From assembly GCA_963733535.1 (NCBI GenBank), contig CAVTDR010000002.1, forward strand, positions 593,678 to 657,677: DNA of 64,000 nucleotides, in the 5' to 3' direction. The notes beneath the pieces were generated by a model. It saw only the letters and a program-made list of their open reading frames with translations. It was not told where the DNA came from and searched no databases. The position numbers were made by a program, and so were the translations under genes. How positions within the stretch are numbered: the stretch's first letter is position 1; every line of letters begins with the position of its first letter. Below are positions 30,262-38,256 of this stretch, in pieces. Source of the DNA: an uncultured Bacteroidota bacterium (GTDB taxonomy: Bacteria > Bacteroidota > Bacteroidia > Bacteroidales > UBA10428).

Positions 30262-30335
30262 GGCGAGGTAGCTCAGCTGGTTAGAGCGCATGATTCATAA
30301 TCATGAGGTCGGCAGTTCAATCCTGCCTCTCGCTA
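30262..30335 (+). tRNA. tRNA-Met (CAT), elongator type
   Basis: Cloverleaf: acceptor GGCGAGG/TCTCGCT, D arm GCTC/GAGC, anticodon arm CATGA-TTCATAA-TCATG, T arm GGCAG-TTCAATC-CTGCC. CCA is not fully encoded. Confidence 0.95.
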
Positions 30336-30476
30336 CAACAAAAAATCACCCCTCAACCCGGCATCAGCCGGGTTTTTTGTTTTGCCTATGGCAAGTGCCA
30401 TGTTCACATGAGCACTTGCCATAGGCAAAACAAAATAAACCTCACGCAGTGAGGTTGAGGGGTGATTTTTTGTTGT
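30335..30476. repeat. 142-bp four-armed (cruciform) palindromic element abutting the tRNA 3' end
   Basis: Perfect 22-bp outer IR (30335-30356/30455-30476), perfect 24-bp central IR (30375-30398/30412-30435), and two side hairpins. Confidence 0.9.
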
Positions 30477-30636
30477 GAAGCTAAGCTATGCGATGATTAG
30501 GGCGGCAATAATTCAATAAAACTATAGCAAGAGATGTTTGAATGGGTGGTGTACTAGTCTTCGACATTTTATATTGGAATCAAATGAATTTTCATATTCT
30601 TATTGTTAATTGGCTGAAATAAAATATCTTTACAAA

Positions 30637-30732
30637 ATATACTTAATATGATACAACTAAATATACTTAATACGACACAACCAGATATACTTAAAGTAAT
30701 ACAGCATTATTTACTTAAAGAAATACAGATGT
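30637..30732 (+). repeat. Four 24-bp direct repeats in the fic leader
   Basis: ATATACTTAATATGATACAACTAA / ATATACTTAATACGACACAACCAG / ATATACTTAAAGTAATACAGCATT / ATTTACTTAAAGAAATACAGATGT. Confidence 0.85.
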
Positions 30733-30756
30733 TGATGTAAATACTATAAGGCAAAT

Positions 30757-32289
30757 ATGGCAACCCCTCCCGAAAAACTCGCAGAATCTTTGGCTGAACT
30801 TCAAAAACTTCAAAACAACAGAGGCATAGCTATCATCAAGGCAGATGACTTGTCTCGGACACATAAAGAACGTTTGCTTGAAAATGGTTTCATACAAGAA
30901 GTAATAAAAGGTTGGTATATTTCTCATCCTCCCGAAGAGAAAAGTGGGGACACAACTTCATGGTATGTTTCATTTTGGAGCTTTATAGCATCTTATATAG
31001 ATTCCCGCTTTGCTAAGGAGTGGTGTTTATCTCCTGAACAGTCATTATCGCTGCATAGCGGTAATGTTACAGTTCCAAAACAACTGCTTGTTCGTTCGCC
31101 CAAGGCTTCCAATAACCGAGTAAATCTAATTCACGATTGTTCGGTATTTGATTCTAAAGTCGAAATTCCTTCTAATAACGACCGTATTGAAATCAACGGA
31201 GTTCAGACCTATTCTCTGACATTGGGTCTTGTTACGGTATCAGCCGATTTCTTCATCCGACAACCAACCGATGCCCGCATTTGCTTGGCAATGGTAAAGG
31301 GTTCATCGGAAGTTTTGGCAAAACTTCTGGATGGAGGGAAAAGTGTTGTTGCAGGACGTTTGGCTGGGGCGTTTCGGAATATCGGTAAAGACAAAGTAGC
31401 GGATGATATTATCAAAACTATGAAATCAGCCGGATATGATGTTCGGGAAACTGACCCTTTTGATGATAAGTTACCTGTTTTGCTCAATAGTCGTGAAGTA
31501 TCACCTTACGTCAATCGTATTAAAATTATATGGGCACAAATGCGCCAAACTGTTATTGATAACTTTCCAAAAGCTTCGGAATCTATGCCTGATGTTGAAG
31601 CGTATTTGAAACAGGTTGAAGAAAACTATAAGAGTGATGCCTATCATTCTCTTTCAATTGAAGGATACCGTGTGAATACTGAACTGATTGAGAAAGTAGC
31701 CAAAGGGAATTGGAATCCTGAGAGAAATGAAACAGATAAACAACAAAAAGATGCAATGGCCGCAAGAGGTTATTATCAGGCCTTTCAAGTGGTTAAGAAA
31801 AGCATCAAATCAATACTTGAAGGTAAAAACTCAGGTGAAGTTGTTAATGATGATCATGGTACCTGGTACCGGGAATTATTCGCCCCAAGTGTAACCGCGG
31901 GTCTTGCAAAAGCATCTGATTTAGCCGGATATCGAAATGGTCCCGTTTATATCCGTGGTGCAATGCATACACCTCCAAATCATGAGGCAGTTCGCGATGC
32001 CATGCCTACATTATTTGAGTTGCTTAACGAAGAAAAGGAGGCATGTGTTCGAGTAGTTTTAGGTCATTTTATTTTTGTTTATATCCATCCTTATTTTGAT
32101 GGTAACGGTAGAATGGCAAGATTTTTAATGAATGCTATGCTTGCATCGGGTAATTATCCCTGGACAATAATAAAGGTTGATGATCGCGACACTTATATGG
32201 CTTCATTAGAGAAGGCTAGTGTAAATAATGATATAACAGATTTTACAAAATTTATCGCCGGATTATTGAACTCTGGTAAAGCAAGTTAG
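30757..32289 (+). CDS. Fic-domain protein with N-terminal AbiEi-like region
   Basis: Fic motif HPYFDGNGRMAR; inhibitory-helix-like SLSIEG upstream of it; N-terminus LENGFIQEVIKGWY...LSPEQSLSLHSG..VPKQLLV resembles AbiEi antitoxins. Confidence 0.88.
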   Translation: MATPPEKLAESLAELQKLQNNRGIAIIKADDLSRTHKERLLENGFIQEVIKGWYISHPPEEKSGDTTSWYVSFWSFIASYIDSRFAKEWCLSPEQSLSLHSGNVTVPKQLLVRSPKASNNRVNLIHDCSVFDSKVEIPSNNDRIEINGVQTYSLTLGLVTVSADFFIRQPTDARICLAMVKGSSEVLAKLLDGGKSVVAGRLAGAFRNIGKDKVADDIIKTMKSAGYDVRETDPFDDKLPVLLNSREVSPYVNRIKIIWAQMRQTVIDNFPKASESMPDVEAYLKQVEENYKSDAYHSLSIEGYRVNTELIEKVAKGNWNPERNETDKQQKDAMAARGYYQAFQVVKKSIKSILEGKNSGEVVNDDHGTWYRELFAPSVTAGLAKASDLAGYRNGPVYIRGAMHTPPNHEAVRDAMPTLFELLNEEKEACVRVVLGHFIFVYIHPYFDGNGRMARFLMNAMLASGNYPWTIIKVDDRDTYMASLEKASVNNDITDFTKFIAGLLNSGKAS

Positions 32290-32301
32290 AAGTGCTTAAC
32301 C
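32275..32301. repeat. REP-like hairpin, copy 1
   Basis: GGTAAAGCA-N9-TGCTTAACC; contains the fic stop codon. Confidence 0.6.
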
Positions 32302-32545
32302 TTTGTATGTATTCATTATTGAAAGCTCCGAATAAAATCCGGTTCAAACGGATTTAAGGAGCGGAAAATGGTTACATAGAAATTCATTCTACCGATATTG
32401 TCTATAAACCTATAGACAAGCTTATCAGCTGGCCGATTATAACTATAAATGATGCACATTCATTGTTTCGGAAAAACTGGGATTCCATGAAAATAGGCAA
32501 AGTGACAAATTTGCACTTTTCAAAGTTAAAATATGGAAACACACG

Positions 32546-32579
32546 CACGCAGTGAGGTTGAGGGGTGATTTTTTGTTGT
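32546..32579 (+). repeat. Exact direct copy of the right arm of the tRNA-linked element
   Basis: CACGCAGTGAGGTTGAGGGGTGATTTTTTGTTGT is identical to 30443-30476. Confidence 0.9.
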
Positions 32580-32921
32580 ATAGCACCCCCCTTATATTTG
32601 TTGATTGGTTGATTGGTTGATTGGTGATCACGCAGTAATCTCTCCATTATATTGCAACACTCATTGCTTGAAGTTGAACGGTAATTATTTCTGTAAGGCC
32701 CCCAACGAGGAACCACTCACTTATTCCCGATCTCACTACAAAGAGACAGTTGGGAATCTCCAATCACTTTTAATTCAAATCAGAATTTCTTTAGATTTTA
32801 CGATTTAGTTTGAAGAATTAGGACAATTATCTTAATTGTTTGAAAAAACCTTGAACAAAATTGATAATCGCACAGTTTATCAGTATTATACTCTTCAAGT
32901 TCAACAAAAACCACCTGCATC

Positions 32922-33455
32922 ATGAATAGATATTTAATTCCTATGAAAATCATTCCTTTGCTTGGCATTTGTATTTTACTTACGAACTGCACCCAACAAC
33001 AACCTGTGATAAATGCAGTTGATTTTGAAAAGGAAAAAACAGCCATTCAGACAGTAATCGCCAAGGAAACGGAATCTTACTACAAGCAGGATTATGAGGC
33101 ATGGAAAAGTACCTATCTTCAATCGACCGCTTTCCGCAAAGTCGGCTATTGGGATGGATACCCCGAAAAAGTTATAGCCATTAGCGGCTTTGACTCTTTG
33201 GCAGCAGAAAAGAAAAAGCAGTTTGATGCCAATGAAACACTTTGGCAAGGATCGACCGAGGTGCGTACAAACGAGAATTTTCGCATCACCAACGATATGG
33301 CTTGGTACACTTTTGAGCAAAATTCCTATGAAAAAGACACCCGGAAGTTCCTTGGAAAGTCAATAGAGACGCGCATCCTAGAAAAGGAAAATGGGGAGTG
33401 GAAGATTGCTTATTTGGGATTTCATTATTATCCGATGGAGCAGGAGATAAATTAA
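32922..33455 (+). CDS. NTF2/SnoaL-like lipoprotein
   Basis: Lipobox LTNC, EKTAIQTVI..E...Y...DYEAW, C-terminal RILEKENGEWKI. Confidence 0.7.
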   Translation: MNRYLIPMKIIPLLGICILLTNCTQQQPVINAVDFEKEKTAIQTVIAKETESYYKQDYEAWKSTYLQSTAFRKVGYWDGYPEKVIAISGFDSLAAEKKKQFDANETLWQGSTEVRTNENFRITNDMAWYTFEQNSYEKDTRKFLGKSIETRILEKENGEWKIAYLGFHYYPMEQEIN

Positions 33456-33510
33456 TGGGGATTTAAAAACCTTGCTGAATATTTGTCTATACTTCAAAAC
33501 CTTCAAAAGC

Positions 33511-33539
33511 AGGTTAAGCAGTTTGGAAGTGCTTAACCT
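33511..33539. repeat. REP-like hairpin, copy 2
   Basis: AGGTTAAGCA-GTTTGGAAG-TGCTTAACCT, perfect 10-bp stem. Confidence 0.7.
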
Positions 33540-33607
33540 CTCTGCGTAGTGGATGATTTGACTTGGTAATTGTTCTGGTAATTGTTATTTTTGAAAGAAA
33601 CAATCTC

Positions 33608-34645
33608 ATGTCCCGTTTACAATTAGCAATTTTGCTGTGTCTTTTCACCTTTTCCCAATTTGCCCTTGCCAGTAGTCATCAGGAAGAACAAGGGTATTAT
33701 GAAGCCCTCTTCACAGTTACTACTCCTGTTATTGACGGAAATGGCAATGACACCTGCTGGAATAAAGCAGGTTGGGCTCCGATTGATCAGATCTGGATCG
33801 GAAATGCCGTTACAGAAACCGACTATTCAGGAAAATTTAAAGTTCTCTGGACACAAAACAGGTTGTATCTGCTCATTCAAATCGTCGATGATTCTTTACG
33901 AATCCAGCCATCGGGACTTGCTGATGTATGCAGCAACATCTACAATTATGATTGTTCAGAAATATTTATTGATGAAAATCATTCGCGCGATGCGAATTAT
34001 ACCGGCACCTATAAAGCCATTGCCTATCATCTGGATACCACACATGTTTGTTATTACGTAGGAGGATCAACAGGTTGGGACAGGCTGGATGATCATTTAA
34101 ATTATAAGATGACAAGAGTAGCCGCTCATACCTTTGAATATGAATATGAAATAAAGATTTTCAATGATACGTATATCCATGGCGGATTGAACACCCCTAT
34201 TCAACTTTTCTCCGGAAAGCTTATGGGCTGGTCAGTAGCTTATAACGACAATGATATTGGGACCACCCGGCAAAATATGTTCGGTTCGAAATTCATTGAA
34301 GGACCCGACAAAAACATCAGCTACTTTAATGCATCCGCTTTTGGTGAATTAAAACTTATCGGGGGTATAGCCACAGCCACTTCTGAGATAAAGTTGGATA
34401 ATACCCGGTTAGAAGTGAGTCATTCTGATAATTCTCTGCAGATTCAATATTCCAGCAATTTTAACCCTGTGGAGGTTTCGATTCAGCTATTTGATGTTTT
34501 CGGCAGACAATGGATGCGGACCACTGCCTATAAATCAGAAAATACCCTTGAAAAAACACTCAATATATCGAATTTGCCCAGGGGCGTTTATTTCATCCGT
34601 ATTATTGAAAAAGGCCTGACCCAAACAGAGAAAATTTATTTGTAA
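33608..34645 (+). CDS. CBM9-like sugar-binding protein with T9SS C-terminal sorting domain
   Basis: PVIDG..D..W..A.W, FKVLW...LYLL, D..EIFIDE, YNDND; CTD LNISNLPRGVYFIRI...TEKI. Confidence 0.8.
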   Translation: MSRLQLAILLCLFTFSQFALASSHQEEQGYYEALFTVTTPVIDGNGNDTCWNKAGWAPIDQIWIGNAVTETDYSGKFKVLWTQNRLYLLIQIVDDSLRIQPSGLADVCSNIYNYDCSEIFIDENHSRDANYTGTYKAIAYHLDTTHVCYYVGGSTGWDRLDDHLNYKMTRVAAHTFEYEYEIKIFNDTYIHGGLNTPIQLFSGKLMGWSVAYNDNDIGTTRQNMFGSKFIEGPDKNISYFNASAFGELKLIGGIATATSEIKLDNTRLEVSHSDNSLQIQYSSNFNPVEVSIQLFDVFGRQWMRTTAYKSENTLEKTLNISNLPRGVYFIRIIEKGLTQTEKIYL

Positions 34646-34657
34646 CAAAGTTTTATA

Positions 34658-35067
34658 CCCAATAGCCGTAAAGCTACGACAGTATTCCATAACATTTTTA
34701 GGAATAATCGACTATGAGTTTCAAATGATAATCGTCGGATGCCTTGCCCTGTAAGGGCATCAGGCAAAAGGATAGGGCATCGCCCTATTTTACAGGGATT
34801 ACACGACAAATAGCCCTGTAAGGGCGGAAGCAAGCTAAATTGATTGAATTCAAAAATGAATTATTACGAATCGTGATGCATTCAATTTTTATTTACGCTG
34901 AAATTTATAATAGATCAGGGTAATTGTGCTGTTGCCCTTACAGGGCAATTGATAATTGCGTATAAAACCAATAGGGCTATGCCCTATTCTAGTGCTCAGG
35001 CCCTTTCAGGGCAAAAAAGCAATTCAAATTTTCAAATTTATACATCTTAGCTTGACCGCTATGAGGG
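34658..35067. mobile_element. MITE/REPIN-like non-autonomous element
   Basis: Imperfect terminal IRs (34658-34679/35045-35067) enclosing inverted clusters of GCCCTGTAAGGGC and ATAGGGC-N3-GCCCTAT palindromes; no ORF. Confidence 0.7.
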
Positions 35068-35147
35068 TCGACCCTCAGCAGATAAAATTCCAACTGCATT
35101 GCATACAATTCCGCGGTTTATTTGTTCCTACATAAACCATTGTAAAC

Positions 35148-35882
35148 ATGTCCAGAATATTCATAACAGGGTCAACTGACGGACTGGGAAAACTGGCTGC
35201 CAAAAAGTTGATCAACCAGGGTCACCGCGTGGTTGTTCATGCACGTAATGCAGAAAGGAAAAAAGTGGCAAGCCAGGAAATCCCAGGTGCTGAACACATT
35301 CTTATCGCTGATTTATCCGATATGGAAGAAACCAAAAAGCTGGCTCAACAGGCAAATTCACTGGGCCTTTTTGATGCAGTTATTCATAATGCAGGCATTT
35401 ATCAAAAACCGAATGCCATTACCTTTGCTGTTAACAGTCTGGCCCCCTACATCCTGACCTGTGCAATGGAAAAACCGGAGCGACTCATTTATCTGACTTC
35501 GGGATTACATATGCAGGGCAAATCCGACTTTAACGTAAACACGTATAATCATGAGCAATTTAACTACTCCGATACTAGACTTCATGTAATTCTTCTTTGT
35601 AAGGCCATTTCCAGAAAATGGCATTCAGTTTATGCCAATGCAGTAAATCCAGGCTGGGTACCAACCAGAATGGGCGGTCCGGCTGCGCCTGACGATCTCA
35701 TGAAAGGCATGGAAACACAAGTATGGTTAGCCACAAGCAATGATCCGGAGGCCCAGGTGAGTGGCCGATATTTTTTTCATAAACAGGAAAAACAATGCCA
35801 CCCTGAAGCTACCGATATATTGCTTCAGGAAAAATTCCTTTCCCTGTGTGAACAGATTACCGGCATATCTTTTCCCTATTAA
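35148..35882 (+). CDS. SDR family oxidoreductase
   Basis: ITGSTDGLG, HNAG, NPGWVPTRMGG. The catalytic YxxxK appears as YSDTR. Confidence 0.88.
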   Translation: MSRIFITGSTDGLGKLAAKKLINQGHRVVVHARNAERKKVASQEIPGAEHILIADLSDMEETKKLAQQANSLGLFDAVIHNAGIYQKPNAITFAVNSLAPYILTCAMEKPERLIYLTSGLHMQGKSDFNVNTYNHEQFNYSDTRLHVILLCKAISRKWHSVYANAVNPGWVPTRMGGPAAPDDLMKGMETQVWLATSNDPEAQVSGRYFFHKQEKQCHPEATDILLQEKFLSLCEQITGISFPY

Positions 35883-36061
35883 GTTGTAAAGGGATACCCC
35901 GCTTTTATCTATAAACCTAAGCCATTCGTCGAAAGAACAAATTCCGGTATACAAAATGCAAATTTTTAGATAAATTTAAAACTTAATTGCCGGTACGCGA
36001 ACAAATAATACCTGCTTTTCAAGTTGGCAAACAGATTACATTTTAATATAACATTCTAACC

Positions 36062-38203
36062 ATGAGAAAAATAACGCTTAAAATCGTGATGCTGCTATGC
36101 ATTGTCACCCTGGTCAGTTATTCCTGTAACAATGGTTCTCCCGGGGGAAATACGGCATCAAAACCTTTTACTGCTCAAATTAAGGACAACCCGCTCACTT
36201 ATTGTAATCCGATTACTTTTACCGGAGCAGGACGCGCAGGAGAGCCTATCGTGCTTATCCATGAAAATGAATATTATCTGTTTATCACAGGAAGAAGAGG
36301 ATATTGGAATTCAGACAATATGAGGGATTGGAAATATATTGATTCTCCTACATTCCCAGGCGGTGTCCCGGGGGTTGTGTCAGATGGAAAAATCCTGTAT
36401 GCCTGTGCGATGAATTCAAAAGATTTATATTCCTGTACGGATCCCAAAAGCGGAGTATGGACAAAGACGGCCACTATGGACAGCGACCGGTACGGAGATG
36501 CAGATATTTTTATTGATGACGATGGCCGTGTGTATATGTATTATGGATGGTCACAACTGTTGCCCATCCAGGTTGTAGAACTTGACCCCAAAAATGGATT
36601 TAAGGAAAAAGGGAAGCCGGCAGTTTGTTTCTTTGGCGATCCTGAAAATCATGGCTTCGAACGCAGGAGACCTGATGATGTAATTTTTCCCATCATGGAA
36701 TATAGACCTTACTATCCTGAAGAAAACCCATGGATTGAAGGCCCCTGGATGGTAAAGCACAACGGCAAGTACTATCTCCAATATGCTGCAATCGGATTGG
36801 AGTTTTCTACCTATTCACATGGTGTTTATGTGGCTGATAATCCAATGGGACCTTTCACCTATTCAGAACATAATCCACTCACTTTCAAAACTACCGGATT
36901 TGTTGTAGGCGGCGGCCATGGCAGCACCTTTCACGATAAAAACGGCCAGTTATGGACCATTTGTATGATTCCTTCTTTCTATGGAAACAGAGGAAGCGGA
37001 GAACTTGCAATGTTTCCCTCTGCAGTGGACGCACAGGGCGTAATGTACTCAAACGTAGCATTTGGCGACTATCCGCATTATTATCCGGGTGTTAAAGAAA
37101 ACGCTGTTGACAATGGATTTACCGGATGGATGCTGATATCCAACAAAAAATATGTGGAAGTATCCTCCACCCTTAAAGGATTTGAACCCATCAATGCTGT
37201 TGACGAAAACTTCATGACTTTCTGGAGTGCTGAATCCGGAAAACCCGGAGAATACATGACGGTTGATTTAGGTAAAGAATGCTCTATATATGCTTTACAA
37301 ATTAATCTGGATCAGAAAGACGCCTTATTACCTGAGATGCCACGACGTGGTTTTAGCATGCCTGCAAATGATGGTAAACCAAGACAACGCTATACCGTTC
37401 ATTTTTCAAACGACAATAAAAACTGGACATTACTGGTTGATAAAAGCAATAATACGGTTGAAACACATCACGACTATACCGAGCTGGCAGAACCTGTAAA
37501 AGCCCGGTATGTTAAGCTTACTAATGTTTACACGCCCGATAGCGGAAAATTTGCGGTTAAGGATCTGAGAATATTTGGCAATCCGGAGATTACCAAATTC
37601 TCTAAAGTAAGTAATATAAAGGTGGTAAGAAATCCGGAAGACCGCCGTGAAGCAACCCTGTTGTGGGATCCGGTAGTGAATGCTGACGGTTACGTAGTCC
37701 GCTATGGCATTGAACCCGACAAACTTTACAACAGTGCTTTGATATACGATGCCAATACGACAACCATTCACAGTCTGAACAAAAATCCCGAATATTATTT
37801 TGAAGTAGAAGCATTTGACAACGGTACAGATTATTATAATGCAAAAACCCGAGAAATTTATGGAAAAGGGGCTGAAATTGAGCTGTCAGAAGACACCGGA
37901 AATCCTATGGCTTTCTGGGGAGGAGAGGTGCTCGATCGGAAAATGGTAAAAGAAGGAATCAACGAATATACCTTTGAAAATATAAAACCTGGCGACTATA
38001 TTTTGAGACATACCTTCGGTCCGGTATTGTGGAAAGGAAAATTGACGCCAGCAGAATTAATTGGTGCGGGTGATCAACCTACCCTTGCTGATACTTTATC
38101 GAAGCTGGGTGTGGGTAATCAGGTAACCGGGCAGATTGAAATGAAGGTTATGCCTGGAAAGGAAAGCGGCAACATTGTAGTGATTTTTAATTACAATAAG
38201 TAA
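36062..38203 (+). CDS. GH43-family glycoside hydrolase with F5/8 (CBM32) and FN3 domains, lipoprotein
   Basis: Lipobox SYSC, DADIFIDDDGRVYMYYG, WIEGPWM.K.NGKYYLQY, GGGHGS, discoidin and FN3 motifs. Confidence 0.85.
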   Translation: MRKITLKIVMLLCIVTLVSYSCNNGSPGGNTASKPFTAQIKDNPLTYCNPITFTGAGRAGEPIVLIHENEYYLFITGRRGYWNSDNMRDWKYIDSPTFPGGVPGVVSDGKILYACAMNSKDLYSCTDPKSGVWTKTATMDSDRYGDADIFIDDDGRVYMYYGWSQLLPIQVVELDPKNGFKEKGKPAVCFFGDPENHGFERRRPDDVIFPIMEYRPYYPEENPWIEGPWMVKHNGKYYLQYAAIGLEFSTYSHGVYVADNPMGPFTYSEHNPLTFKTTGFVVGGGHGSTFHDKNGQLWTICMIPSFYGNRGSGELAMFPSAVDAQGVMYSNVAFGDYPHYYPGVKENAVDNGFTGWMLISNKKYVEVSSTLKGFEPINAVDENFMTFWSAESGKPGEYMTVDLGKECSIYALQINLDQKDALLPEMPRRGFSMPANDGKPRQRYTVHFSNDNKNWTLLVDKSNNTVETHHDYTELAEPVKARYVKLTNVYTPDSGKFAVKDLRIFGNPEITKFSKVSNIKVVRNPEDRREATLLWDPVVNADGYVVRYGIEPDKLYNSALIYDANTTTIHSLNKNPEYYFEVEAFDNGTDYYNAKTREIYGKGAEIELSEDTGNPMAFWGGEVLDRKMVKEGINEYTFENIKPGDYILRHTFGPVLWKGKLTPAELIGAGDQPTLADTLSKLGVGNQVTGQIEMKVMPGKESGNIVVIFNYNK

Positions 38204-38224
38204 TTGCTGCACAACAAACATAAA

Positions 38225-38256
38225 AGAAGCTGTCTCCAAAAGAGGCAGCTTTTTTT
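38225..38256. terminator. Bidirectional intrinsic terminator
   Basis: AAGCTGTCTC-CAAAA-GAGGCAGCTT followed by a T tract, between convergent genes. Confidence 0.75.

Noticed and set aside
30262-30335. Initiator tRNA-fMet or tRNA-Ile2
   Set aside because: It lacks the C1:A72 mismatch and the GGG/CCC anticodon stem of initiators. The overall sequence fits elongator Met better than Ile2, judged by eye.
30637-30732. CRISPR array
   Set aside because: The units are contiguous 24-mers with no unique spacers, and there are no cas genes in the window.
32402-33046. Small ORFs between fic and the NTF2-like gene
   Set aside because: They overlap repeats and hairpins, have low complexity and carry no recognisable motifs.
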